Shown here: positions 36,307 to 45,548 of the stretch, in pieces
Numbering within the stretch: position 1 is the first letter of the stretch
Layout: every line of letters begins with the position of its first letter
Source: Acetobacteraceae bacterium
GTDB lineage: Bacteria; Pseudomonadota; Alphaproteobacteria; Acetobacterales; Acetobacteraceae
Direction: 5' to 3'
NCBI GenBank assembly: GCA_044358135.1
Contig: JBIKOJ010000002.1
Location: 10,922-74,921, forward strand
Length of the DNA: 64,000 nucleotides
Made by a program: the position numbers and the translations under genes
Notes under the pieces: generated by a model
The model's input: only the letters and a program-made list of their open reading frames with translations
Told to the model about the DNA's origin: nothing
Databases searched by the model: none

Positions 36307-39300
36307 CTACTCCGCCGCCATCGCCGGGGCATCGCCCTCCACCATCGCCGCCGCGCGCTGGAGATCGACCGACAGCAGGCGGGAGACGCCGCGCTCCTGC
36401 ATCGTCACGCCATACAGCCGGTCCATCCGCGCCATGGTCATGGGGTGGTGCGTCACCACCATGAAACGCGTTCCGGTCTCCCGCACCATGTCGTCCAGCA
36501 GCAGGCAGAAGCGCTCCACGTTGGCGTCGTCCAGCGGCGCGTCCACCTCGTCCAGCACACAGACCGGGGCGGGGTTGCAGCGGAACACGGCGAAGATGAG
36601 CGACAGCGCCGTCAGCGCCTGCTCACCGCCGGAGAGCAGGGAGAGGGTGGAGAGCTTCTTGCCCGGCGGCTGGGCATAGATCTCCAGCCCAGCCTCCAGC
36701 GGGTCGTCGGAGCCGACCAGGCCGAGATGGGCGCGGCCGCCGCCGAACATGCGGCTGAACAGGGTCTGGAAGTGCTTGTCCACCGCCTCGAACACCGCCG
36801 AGAGGCGCTCGCGGCCCTCGCGGTTCAGGTGGCCGATGGAGCCGCGCAGCTTGGCGATGGCGGTGGTGAGTTCGCCGCGTTCCTTGGCAATGAGGTCGAC
36901 CTGCTTGGTGATCTCCTCGGCTTCCACCTCGGCGCGGAGGTTCACCGGGCCCATCTCCTCGCGCTCCTTCTGCAGGCGCTCGAGCTTCCGGCGGGCCTTG
37001 TCCTCCACCGGCTGGCCATCGCCTTCCACGAAGAGATCGGCGGGCGGGTCCGGCAGGGCGGGGTTGGCGCCGAGGCGTTCCACGATGCGTTCGGCCACCA
37101 CGCCCCAGGCCTGCTCCGCCTGGGCGGCCTCGCCCTCCACGCGCACCACGCGCTCGCGTGCGGCGGCCAGCGTGGCCTCGGCGGCGCGGGCGGTGCGGTC
37201 GCTATGCAGGGCGCGGGTTTCCGCCTGGGTCAATGCGTCGGCGATGGCGCGGTGGGCGGCCTCGGCCTGCTCCAGCACGTCGATCGCCGCCGCCCAGCGG
37301 GTGGCGATCTCGTCGGGCGCGGCGGCGAGGCTGTCGCGTTCCTGCTTGGCGGCGGCGGCACGGGCGCGCAGATCGGTCACGCGGCCATCGGCGTCTGCCG
37401 CGCGCATCGCCCAATCCTGGCGCTCGCTGGCGATCAGGCGGCGGCGATGGGCACGGCCGCCGGCCTGGCGGATGAGGGTATCGCGCTCGCTGCGGGCGGA
37501 GGTTTCGTCCTGGCGCAGCCGGGCCAGGGTGGCGCGGGCCTGTTCCATGGCGGCGCGCCCGGCGACAGGGTCGGGCAGGTCGGACAGCGCCTGGCGCGCC
37601 TGGGCAAGCTGGGCCCCGGCCTCCCGCTCTTCGGTGGCGAGCCGGGCGGATTGCTCCTCCACCGCGGCGAGCTTGGCGGAGGTGTCGGCGGCCTGGGCGG
37701 AAAGCTGGCGGGCGGTGGCGGCGGCCTGTTCCACCGCCTGCTCGGCGGCGCGGCGCTCGGCGCGGGCCTGCTGCTCGGCGGCGTTGGCGCTGCGCTCGGC
37801 GGCCTCGGCCTCGGCGCGCAGGCTGCGTTCGGCCTGCTCGGCCTGCTGGCGTGCGGAGTGCTCGGCGCGCTGGGCCTCGGCGCGGGCGGTCTGCGCCTGG
37901 GCCTCCGCCGTCTGGCGCGCGGTGCGGTCGGCCTGCTCGGCGGCCTGCAGCCGGGCGATGGCAGCGGTCGCTGCTTCGGTGGCGGCGGCGAGATGGGTGC
38001 GCAGCCCGGCGAGGCGGTTGCGCTGCTGCAGGCGGATAGCGGCGGCGGTGGGGGTGCCGGCCTTGATCGTGTAGCCATCCCAGCGCCACACGGCACCCAG
38101 GCGGGAGACAAGCATCTGCCCCGGTGCCAGCGCGGGCTGCGCGGCGGCACCCTGTTCATCGGTCTCCACCAGCCCGATCTGGGACAGCGCGCGGGCCAGC
38201 GCGGCGGGCGCCTTCACCAAGGCGGCGAGTGCGGCCACCGGCAGCGCGGCGGTGCCAGAGAGCGGCGGCAATTCACGCCAATGGCGGGCGGCTGCGGTAT
38301 CGGCGGCGGATTCCAGTTCCTCGCCCAGCGCGGCGCCGAGGGCGGCTTCCAGCCCGGCGGGAACCTCCAGCTGGTCCACCATGCGCGGCCACTTTTCGCC
38401 GTCGCGCACGCCCAGCACCTCGGCCAGCGCCTGCACCTCGGCGGCCACGCGGGCCCGGGCGGAACCGGCGGCGGACGCTGCGGCGCGGGCTTCCGACAGC
38501 TCCGCCTGGGCGGAATTCCGCAGCTGTTCGGCCGCTTCCAGCGCGGCGGCGCGGGCGCGAGCGGCTTCGGCCAAAGCGGCATCGCGGGCGGCGCCGATGC
38601 CACGCAGCCCCTCCGTGCGGGCCTTCGTGGCCTGCTCCAGCGCGGCGGCGCGGGCCTGCTCGGCGGCGGCGAGCGCAGCGGCGGCAGCTTCCACGCGGGC
38701 CGTCGCGGCTTCCTGCGCGGCGCGGGCCTGCTCCAGCCGGGCGGGATCCACGCGCAGCCCGGCCAGGCGCGCGGCCTCCGTTTCCAGCCGCGTGCGCTGG
38801 TCGGTCAGGCGGCGGGCACGCTGCTCGGCCTGGGCCAGGGCCTCCGACAAGGCGCGGTGGCGGGCAGCCAGGTCGGCGGCATGCTCCGTGGCGCGATTGG
38901 CCTCCGCCTCCGCCGTCCGCACGGCATCCTCCAACTCGCTCGCACGAGCCTCCGCGGCGGCGAGCCGGGGCGGGTGGGCGGCCTCCTCCTCCGCGAGCCG
39001 GGCATCCTCGGCGGCGAGGCGTTCCACCGCGGCGGTGGCGTCGCGCTGCTGGGTGGTGGCGTGGGCGAGATCGCGCTCGATCGTCTCCAGCCGCGCGGCG
39101 GCGCCGGACAGCGCCTCGCGGGCCCGGGATTCCTCGGCCGCCAGCTGTTCGCCGGCGATGCGGTGGCGTTCCAGCCCGGTGCGGGCCTCGCCCTCGCGGG
39201 AGCGCAGGTCCGGCAGGGCGGCGGCATCGGTGGCGGCCTGGGCGGCGCCGGCGGCCGCGGCGGCGGTGGCTTCGGCCACGGCCACGGCGGCGGCATGCAT

Positions 39301-40071
39301 CGCGGCCTGCGCCACCGCCCGCACCCGGTCCACCCGGGCACGCTGGATCGCCAGCAGCTCGGCCTCCGCCGCGCGCACCAGGCCCGAGATCGCGCGGTAG
39401 CGGTTGGCCTGGCGCACCTGGCGCTTCAACGAGTCAAGCTGCCCTTCCAGCTGGCCCCGCAGGTCCTCGGCGCGGGCCAGGTTGTTCTCGGCGGCGCGCA
39501 GCTTCAGCTCCGCCTCATGCCGGCGGGAATGCAGGCCGGTGATCCCCGCCGCCTCCTCCAGCAACTGGCGCCGCTCATCCGGCTTGGCATTCACCAGCGC
39601 ACCGACGCGCCCCTGGCTCACGAGCCCCGAGGAATGCGCCCCGGTGGCAAGGTCGTTGAACAGCGTCTGCACGTCCCGCGCGCGCGCCTCACGGCCGTTG
39701 ATGCGGTACTGGCTGCCGTTGCCGCGCTCGATCTTGCGGCTGATCTCCAGCTCCGGCGCCTCATGGAAGGGCGGCGGCGCGATGCCGGCCGTTTCTTCCA
39801 GCGTCAGCGTCACCTCGGCCAGGTTGCGCGAGGCGCGGGCGGCGGTGCCGGCGAAGATCACGTCGTCCATCTCGCCGCCACGCAGGGACTTGGCGGAGGT
39901 CTCGCCCATCGCCCAGCGCAGCGCCTCCACCACGTTGGACTTGCCGCAGCCATTCGGGCCGACAATGCCGGTGAGCCCCGGCAGGATATGCACCACCGCC
40001 GGTTCGGCGAAGCTCTTGAACCCGGCGATGCGCAGGCGGCTGAAGCTCACAGGCAATGCGGTGGTTCCCAA
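36307..40071 (-). CDS. smc: Chromosome segregation protein SMC
   Basis: N-terminal FKSFAEP...GIVGPNGCGKSNVVEALRWAMGE, long coiled coils, C-terminal LSGGEQALTALSLIFA...LDEVDAPLDD. Confidence 0.95.
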   Translation of the reverse strand: MGTTALPVSFSRLRIAGFKSFAEPAVVHILPGLTGIVGPNGCGKSNVVEALRWAMGETSAKSLRGGEMDDVIFAGTAARASRNLAEVTLTLEETAGIAPPPFHEAPELEISRKIERGNGSQYRINGREARARDVQTLFNDLATGAHSSGLVSQGRVGALVNAKPDERRQLLEEAAGITGLHSRRHEAELKLRAAENNLARAEDLRGQLEGQLDSLKRQVRQANRYRAISGLVRAAEAELLAIQRARVDRVRAVAQAAMHAAAVAVAEATAAAAAGAAQAATDAAALPDLRSREGEARTGLERHRIAGEQLAAEESRAREALSGAAARLETIERDLAHATTQQRDATAAVERLAAEDARLAEEEAAHPPRLAAAEARASELEDAVRTAEAEANRATEHAADLAARHRALSEALAQAEQRARRLTDQRTRLETEAARLAGLRVDPARLEQARAAQEAATARVEAAAAALAAAEQARAAALEQATKARTEGLRGIGAARDAALAEAARARAAALEAAEQLRNSAQAELSEARAAASAAGSARARVAAEVQALAEVLGVRDGEKWPRMVDQLEVPAGLEAALGAALGEELESAADTAAARHWRELPPLSGTAALPVAALAALVKAPAALARALSQIGLVETDEQGAAAQPALAPGQMLVSRLGAVWRWDGYTIKAGTPTAAAIRLQQRNRLAGLRTHLAAATEAATAAIARLQAAEQADRTARQTAEAQAQTARAEAQRAEHSARQQAEQAERSLRAEAEAAERSANAAEQQARAERRAAEQAVEQAAATARQLSAQAADTSAKLAAVEEQSARLATEEREAGAQLAQARQALSDLPDPVAGRAAMEQARATLARLRQDETSARSERDTLIRQAGGRAHRRRLIASERQDWAMRAADADGRVTDLRARAAAAKQERDSLAAAPDEIATRWAAAIDVLEQAEAAHRAIADALTQAETRALHSDRTARAAEATLAAARERVVRVEGEAAQAEQAWGVVAERIVERLGANPALPDPPADLFVEGDGQPVEDKARRKLERLQKEREEMGPVNLRAEVEAEEITKQVDLIAKERGELTTAIAKLRGSIGHLNREGRERLSAVFEAVDKHFQTLFSRMFGGGRAHLGLVGSDDPLEAGLEIYAQPPGKKLSTLSLLSGGEQALTALSLIFAVFRCNPAPVCVLDEVDAPLDDANVERFCLLLDDMVRETGTRFMVVTHHPMTMARMDRLYGVTMQERGVSRLLSVDLQRAAAMVEGDAPAMAAE

Positions 40072-40113
40072 GGCAATGTCCCGCGGGCGGGGCGCCCGCG
40101 GGGTCGGCCGGCC

Positions 40114-40809
40114 CTATCCTGCGGCCTGCTGCACGAGTCGCGCGAAGTCTGAATACGGGCGTGCGCCGGCCACCTTCTGGTTCTGCTGGGCGGGGCCGCT
40201 GAAGACGAAGCTGGGCGTCGAGTCGATGCCGTAGATGCGCGAGGAGTCGTCGCGCGCCTTCAGCAGGGCAGCGCGCGTGGCCTCATCTGCCACCGCGGCA
40301 TCGAATGCGGCGCGGGAGAGGCCGGCGAGGGCGGCCATCTTGGCCAGCTCGTCCGTGGTGTTCACCCCGCGCGCGAAGGCCCAGCGATCCTGGGAGGCGA
40401 GCAGCGCCGTCACGAACGGATCATAGCTCGCCGCCGGCAGGTGGCGGGCCACCACGGCGGCGGTCAGCGCCACCTGGTCCAGCGGGAAATCGTGGAAAAT
40501 GAAGCGCACCTTGCCGGTTTCCACCAGCTCCTTCTTCACCTGCGGCATGGTGTCGCGGTGGAAGGCGGCGCAGTGGCTGCAGGTGAGCGAGAAGAACTCC
40601 CGCACCACCACGGGGGCATCGGCGCGGCCGATGGCACGCTCGCCCATGATGCCCTCGGCCGTGGCGGCCAGCGCCGGGGCAGGGCCACCGCCGGGCGGCG
40701 GGGCGGCAACGGTCTGGTCCGGCCTGCGGGCAAGCCACAACCCGCCCGCGGTGGCCGCAACCACCACACCTGCCCCAATCCCTAGTAGTGCACGCCGTGA
40801 AAACGCCAT
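40114..40809 (-). CDS. DsbA-family thiol:disulfide oxidoreductase (Tat/Sec-exported)
   Basis: SRRALLGIG signal, CSHC active site, thioredoxin-fold length. Confidence 0.88.
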   Translation of the reverse strand: MAFSRRALLGIGAGVVVAATAGGLWLARRPDQTVAAPPPGGGPAPALAATAEGIMGERAIGRADAPVVVREFFSLTCSHCAAFHRDTMPQVKKELVETGKVRFIFHDFPLDQVALTAAVVARHLPAASYDPFVTALLASQDRWAFARGVNTTDELAKMAALAGLSRAAFDAAVADEATRAALLKARDDSSRIYGIDSTPSFVFSGPAQQNQKVAGARPYSDFARLVQQAAG

Positions 40810-40881
40810 CGGAACCTCTACATGTTGTGTTCTAGCGCGCGGCCGCGCCGACGTCCAGACTCGCCCCCGAACGGCGCCAGT

Positions 40882-41358
40882 CTAGCCTCCCCGGCTCGCC
40901 AGCACAGCCCGGCCCAGCTTTTCCAGCGCATCGCGCAACTCGCCCTCCGGCAGGCCTTCCACCGCAGCGCGGGCCTGGGCCACGGCGGCGGGGCGCGGCG
41001 GGCGCGGGGCCGGGCGCAGTGCCGGGGCATCCTGCACGAAGCGCAGCCGGGTGACGGTGATCTTGCCCAGGTGGCGGTTGATGCGCTCGATCAGCTGCGG
41101 CGCCAGGTGCTGCAGCTCCATCGCCATCGGGCCGGAGCACGCGATGGCCAGGGTGCCGGAGAACAGCTTGCGCGGCACGCTCACCGCGGCGATCGCCGGG
41201 CCCACGATCGCCTCCCAATCCGCCAGCACCTGCGCGGTGGCCGGCGCACGCTTGCCGAAGGCCGGCTTCACCAGCCCGGGCACCAGCGCGCCCACCGCGC
41301 GCGGCCCATAGACGTGCCGGCCAGCCACCGGCTTGTCGCTGTCGTCCTCTGTCGCCAT
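40882..41358 (-). CDS. DUF721 domain protein (DciA-like)
   Basis: ATG 41358. Pattern QVLADWEAIVGPAIAAVSVPRKL..GTLAIACSGPMAMELQHLAPQLIERIN. Divergent from mutY, as is usual in alphaproteobacteria. Confidence 0.75.
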   Translation of the reverse strand: MATEDDSDKPVAGRHVYGPRAVGALVPGLVKPAFGKRAPATAQVLADWEAIVGPAIAAVSVPRKLFSGTLAIACSGPMAMELQHLAPQLIERINRHLGKITVTRLRFVQDAPALRPAPRPPRPAAVAQARAAVEGLPEGELRDALEKLGRAVLASRGG

Positions 41359-41367
41359 ACCCGTGGA

Positions 41368-42405
41368 ATGCCCCGCGCTGCTGCCTTGCTGACCTGGTAC
41401 GACCGCCATCGCCGCGCCATGCCCTGGCGCGCCCTGCCGGGCGAAATGCCCGACCCGTACCGCATCTGGCTCAGCGAGATCATGCTGCAGCAGACCACGG
41501 TGGCGGCGGTGGCACCCTACTACGAACGCTTCCTGGCGCGCTTTCCCGATGTGCAGGCCCTGGCCCGCGCGGAGGAGGAGGCGGTCATGCAGGCCTGGGC
41601 GGGTCTGGGCTACTACGCCCGCGCCCGCAACCTGCACGCCTGCGCCAAGGCGGTGGCGGCGGCCGGCGCGTTCCCCACCACGCTGGAGGGTCTGCAGGCA
41701 CTGCCAGGGATCGGGCCCTATACGGCGGCGGCCATCGGCTCCATCGCCTTCGGCATCCCCGTGGTTCCCGTGGACGGCAATGTGGAGCGGGTAACGTCGC
41801 GCATCTTCGCCATCGCCGCCCCCCTGCCCGCCAGCCGCCCCGAAATCGCCGCGGCGGCGCAGCGCCTGGGCGACGACCCCGATGCCCACGCCCGCCCATC
41901 CGATTTCACCCAGGCGCTGTTCGACCTCGGCGCCACGATCTGCACACCGACCTCGCCCGCCTGCGTGCTGTGCCCGTGGCAGCAGGGCTGCGCCGCCCGC
42001 GCCCAGGGCATCGCGGCGGACCTGCCGCGCAAGGCGCCGAAGAAAGCCCGCCCGCTGCGCCACGGCGCCCATTTCTGGCTGACGGATGCCCAGGGCCGCG
42101 TGCTGCTGCGCCGCCGCCCGCCGCGCGGCCTGCTCGGCGGCATGACGGAACTGCCCGGCACCCCCTGGCGCGACACGCCGTGGTCCGAGGCCGACGCACT
42201 GGCCCACGCCCCCCAACCCGCCACCTGGCGCCGGGCCGGCACCGCCAGCCACGGCTTCACCCATTTCGAACTGGCGATCACGCTCTATGCCGCCGAGGTC
42301 CCGTCGATCAGCGCCGAAGGCTTCCTGCGCCCCGCCGGCGCCCTGGCCGATGAGGCGTTGCCCTCGGTGATGCGCAAATGCCTCGCCGCGATGGGGGTGG
42401 CTTAA
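41368..42405 (+). CDS. mutY: A/G-specific adenine glycosylase
   Basis: Motifs WYDRHRRAMPWR, PYRIWLSEIMLQQT, GLGYYARARNL, LPGIGPYTAAAI, 4Fe-4S Cys cluster C..C..C, NUDIX-like C-terminus. Confidence 0.92.
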   Translation: MPRAAALLTWYDRHRRAMPWRALPGEMPDPYRIWLSEIMLQQTTVAAVAPYYERFLARFPDVQALARAEEEAVMQAWAGLGYYARARNLHACAKAVAAAGAFPTTLEGLQALPGIGPYTAAAIGSIAFGIPVVPVDGNVERVTSRIFAIAAPLPASRPEIAAAAQRLGDDPDAHARPSDFTQALFDLGATICTPTSPACVLCPWQQGCAARAQGIAADLPRKAPKKARPLRHGAHFWLTDAQGRVLLRRRPPRGLLGGMTELPGTPWRDTPWSEADALAHAPQPATWRRAGTASHGFTHFELAITLYAAEVPSISAEGFLRPAGALADEALPSVMRKCLAAMGVA

Positions 42406-42530
42406 GGCAAGGCTGGGCTCTGCCCAGACCCGCCAGGGGCCGAGCCCCTGGACCTCATCCTCTTCAATGAATGGGATCAAAGGGCCGCCGGCCCTTTGCG
42501 GGTCCAGGGCAGAGCCCTGGCCTTCCTTCG
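42406..42530. repeat. GC-rich inverted-repeat element, family C copy C1
   Basis: Left arm AAGGCAAGGCTGGGCTCTGCCCAGACCCGC against right arm GCGGGTCCAGGGCAGAGCCCTGGCCTTCCTT. Inner hairpins CAGGGGC-cga-GCCCCTG and CAAAGGGCC-gcc-GGCCCTTTG. Starts at the mutY TAA. Confidence 0.8.
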
Positions 42531-42547
42531 GCTCTATCAGTCAGAGC

Positions 42548-43369
42548 CTACGAGGCTTGGTACTGGCCTCCTGGTCGTTCGCCGCGCGCCAGCCGCGCCT
42601 CGATCGCCACCAGCGCGCGAGGCAGGTCGGCAATGCTGTCGATCACCATGTCCGCCCCCGCCGCGCGCATCTCCGCCTCCGCCCGCGCTCGCACCGGCGC
42701 GCGCTCCGCCTCCGGCAGCACCGCCAGCTCGGCGGCAGACAGCCCGCAGATATTGCCTGTGAGGGCGAGCCCGATGGTCCAGGTGCCGGCGTTCACGCCC
42801 TCGCCGATCCCCGGCGGCGTATCGTCCACCTTCACCACCGTGTGCGCCGGCCAGACGCCCAGCGCGGCCATGGCGTGCCACATCATCAACGGCCCCGGCC
42901 GCCCCTCCGCCAGGTCGCCGGCGCACACCACGTGATCCGGCGCATAGCCCGCGGCAGCGGCGAGCGGCATCAGCTCGGCCATGATCGGGCGGGTATAGCC
43001 GGTGGTGGAGCCGATCTTCATGCCGCGCGCCCGCGCCCAGGCGATGGCTTCCAGCGCGCCCGGGATGATGTCGGCGTGGTCGCGGATGGCGGCAATGTTC
43101 ATCGGTTCGAACACCGCCAGCAGCTTGTCGATCGCCGCCTCATCGGGCGCGCTGCCCTGGGCTTCCTGCCAGGCAGCGGCGACATGCGGCAGGGCCATCA
43201 GGGTCGCGATATGGTCGCGCTTGGCCATGCCCATCGGCCCGCGGGCATCGGCGATGCTCACCGTCACGCCAAAATGGGCGAAGGCGCGCACGAATGCGCC
43301 CATCGGCGCGCGGCTGCCGTGGTCCACCACGGTGCCCGCCCAATCCAGAACCAGGGCCTTGAGCATCAT
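42548..43369 (-). CDS. phnX: Phosphonoacetaldehyde hydrolase (phosphonatase)
   Basis: HAD motif LDWAGT, GPMGMAKRDH, GRPGPLMM, KVDDTPPGIGEGVNAG. Confidence 0.9.
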   Translation of the reverse strand: MMLKALVLDWAGTVVDHGSRAPMGAFVRAFAHFGVTVSIADARGPMGMAKRDHIATLMALPHVAAAWQEAQGSAPDEAAIDKLLAVFEPMNIAAIRDHADIIPGALEAIAWARARGMKIGSTTGYTRPIMAELMPLAAAAGYAPDHVVCAGDLAEGRPGPLMMWHAMAALGVWPAHTVVKVDDTPPGIGEGVNAGTWTIGLALTGNICGLSAAELAVLPEAERAPVRARAEAEMRAAGADMVIDSIADLPRALVAIEARLARGERPGGQYQAS

Positions 43370-44511
43370 GCTTCCTCCATCGCATGGGAAGGCGGCGGCG
43401 CGCCGAGCAGGTCGGCGACGGTTTCCTCCCCGATGGCGAACGCCGTACTGGCGCCAGTGCCGGAGGTCACCATCACCAACCTTACCCCGTCGGCCACTGT
43501 CTCAGTGAACGCTGTATCCGGCCCGGAGGGGTAGATGCCAATCCAGCGTTCGATCACCTCCGGCGCAGCAAGGCCGGTGACGGCGATGTATTCCTCCAGC
43601 ATGCGGTCATCCACCGCGCGCGGCTGGAACGGATCGGGCGTGGGGTCGTAGTGATGGCTGTCGCCCACCACCAGCGAGCCGTCCTCGTGCTGCACAGCGA
43701 TCAAATGGATGCCATCGGCCAGATGCGCCGCCTGCTCTGCCTTCAGCCGCGCCCGCAACGCCGGCAGGCGCGGGCCCTGGTAGCCGAGATAGCGCACCAG
43801 GCCGAGATCGCTCATCAGCGGCGCAGGGAAGCGCACGCCGGGGTCGGCCAGGCGCAGCATGTGCAGCTTGCACAGCGTGATGCCGCGCCGGGCCATCACG
43901 TCCGGATACAGCGTCACAAGATCCGGCCCCGGGCACACCACCACATGGCGGGCACGAACGCTGCCGCCGGCATGGTGCACCGCCCCCGGCTCCACCCCCC
44001 GCACCGCGGTCCGCGGCAGGAACGCCACGCCCTGCCCAGCCAACCAGGCGGTCAGCCGCGGGATGGCATCGCGGCTCTCCACGCGCAATTCGTGCGAGGA
44101 ATGCAGCGCGCCCAGCAACCCCGGCGCCAGCATCGGCGCCTCCGCGCGCAGCCCCTCCGCCCCCATCAGCCGGCAGCCCCCACCCATCGGGCCGGCAGCG
44201 AAATCCTCCAGCACCGCCATCGCCTCCGCCCGGCGCGCCACCATCAGCAACCCGCGCTGGTGCACCGCGATCCCGGCCTGCGGCGCCACCTCGGCCCACA
44301 CATCGCGCGCGCGCCGCGCCCGGCGCCAGGTGATCCCTTCCTGCTGGCCGGTGACCGTGACGAAGCCGAAATTGCGCACCGAAGCCCCGGCGGCCCGCGC
44401 CTCCCGGTCGATCACCGCCACGCGCAGCCCATGGCGCAGCGCCGCCAGCGCATGGCCAAGCCCGACAATGCCGGCGCCGACAATGGCGATATCAAAGGGT
44501 GTGTCACTCAT
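43366..44511 (-). CDS. FAD-dependent oxidoreductase, phosphonate-cluster-associated type (TIGR03364-like)
   Basis: ATG 44511 overlaps the upstream stop. Dinucleotide fold DIAIVGAGIVGLGHA. 4-nt overlap with phnX. Confidence 0.85.
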   Translation of the reverse strand: MSDTPFDIAIVGAGIVGLGHALAALRHGLRVAVIDREARAAGASVRNFGFVTVTGQQEGITWRRARRARDVWAEVAPQAGIAVHQRGLLMVARRAEAMAVLEDFAAGPMGGGCRLMGAEGLRAEAPMLAPGLLGALHSSHELRVESRDAIPRLTAWLAGQGVAFLPRTAVRGVEPGAVHHAGGSVRARHVVVCPGPDLVTLYPDVMARRGITLCKLHMLRLADPGVRFPAPLMSDLGLVRYLGYQGPRLPALRARLKAEQAAHLADGIHLIAVQHEDGSLVVGDSHHYDPTPDPFQPRAVDDRMLEEYIAVTGLAAPEVIERWIGIYPSGPDTAFTETVADGVRLVMVTSGTGASTAFAIGEETVADLLGAPPPSHAMEEA

Positions 44512-45548
44512 GCAGCAGGGTCCGGCTGGCGGGTGCGGGTCAGGCGGGGCGCCAGTTCCTCGCTGAAATGGCAGGCCACGTGCTGCTGTGGCGCCACTTC
44601 GCGCCAGGCCGGCACCTCGCTGCGGCAGCGATCCTGCGCGAAGGGGCAGCGCGTGTGGAAGCGGCACCCCGGCGGCACGTTGGCGGGGCTGGGGATCTCC
44701 CCTTCCAGCCGCTGCGCCCGCCCGCGGTCATCCGGGTCCAGCGACGGGATCGCCGAGAACAGCGCGCCGGTATAGGGGTGCCGCGGCTGGGCGAACAACC
44801 GGCGCGAGGGCCCCACCTCCACGATGGTGCCCAGGTACATCACCGCCACCATGTCGCACACATGCGCCACCACGCTCAGATCGTGGCTGATGAACAGGAT
44901 CGTCAGGCCCAGCTCGTCGCGCAGCGTCTTCAGCAGGTTCAGGATGTCCGCCTGAATCGAAACGTCCAGCGCCGCCACGCTCTCATCAGCCACCACGAAG
45001 CGCGGCCGCGCCGCCAGCGCGCGGGCGATGGAAATGCGCTGACGCTGCCCGCCGGAAAAAGCATGCGGGAAGCGCCGCAGATGCTCCAGGTTCAGCCGGC
45101 AGCGCGCGGCGATGTCGCGCACCCGCTCATCGGTCTCCTCGCGCGAGCTCGTGAGCTTCATCACCTCCAGCGGCTCGGCGATGATGTCCCGCACCGTCAT
45201 GCGCGGGCTGAGTGCCGCATAGGGGTCCTGGAAGATCAGCTGGGCCCGGGTGCGGTAGTCGCGCAGCCCGGCCTTGTCGAGCGTGCCGACCTCATACTCC
45301 ACCGCCTCGTCGCGATAGGTGATGTGCCCGGCGGAAACCGGCGCGGCACGCAGGATGGCGCGCCCCAGCGTGGTCTTGCCGGAACCGCTTTCGCCCACCA
45401 GCCCGAAGAAGGCGTTGCGCGGAATATCCAGCGACACATTGTCCACCGCCCGCACCGTGGGCGGCGTGCCGAACAGCGTGCGGCCGAGCGCGTAGTGCAC
45501 CGAAAGCCCAGCGAGCGAGACATGGATCGGGTGCGCGGCGCCCGTCAT
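44508..45548 (-). CDS. Peptide/nickel-type ABC transporter ATP-binding protein (DppF/OppF-like)
   Basis: GESGSGKTT, FSGGQRQR, VVADE, and the C-terminal oligopeptide-type extension (CRFHTRCP). Confidence 0.92.
   Translation of the reverse strand: MTGAAHPIHVSLAGLSVHYALGRTLFGTPPTVRAVDNVSLDIPRNAFFGLVGESGSGKTTLGRAILRAAPVSAGHITYRDEAVEYEVGTLDKAGLRDYRTRAQLIFQDPYAALSPRMTVRDIIAEPLEVMKLTSSREETDERVRDIAARCRLNLEHLRRFPHAFSGGQRQRISIARALAARPRFVVADESVAALDVSIQADILNLLKTLRDELGLTILFISHDLSVVAHVCDMVAVMYLGTIVEVGPSRRLFAQPRHPYTGALFSAIPSLDPDDRGRAQRLEGEIPSPANVPPGCRFHTRCPFAQDRCRSEVPAWREVAPQQHVACHFSEELAPRLTRTRQPDPAA

Noticed and set aside
36280-40152. 1290-aa ORF on the plus strand, antisense to smc. Similar very long ORFs occur at 8393..10978, 11017..12927, 13036..14571, 28164..30299, 46564..48903, 55646..57598, and in the 5' part of 60339..63539.
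   Set aside because: They are Arg/Pro/Gly/Ala-rich low-complexity translations typical of non-coding frames in ~70% GC DNA. Each overlaps a gene with clear family motifs and proper start/SD geometry on the other frame or strand.
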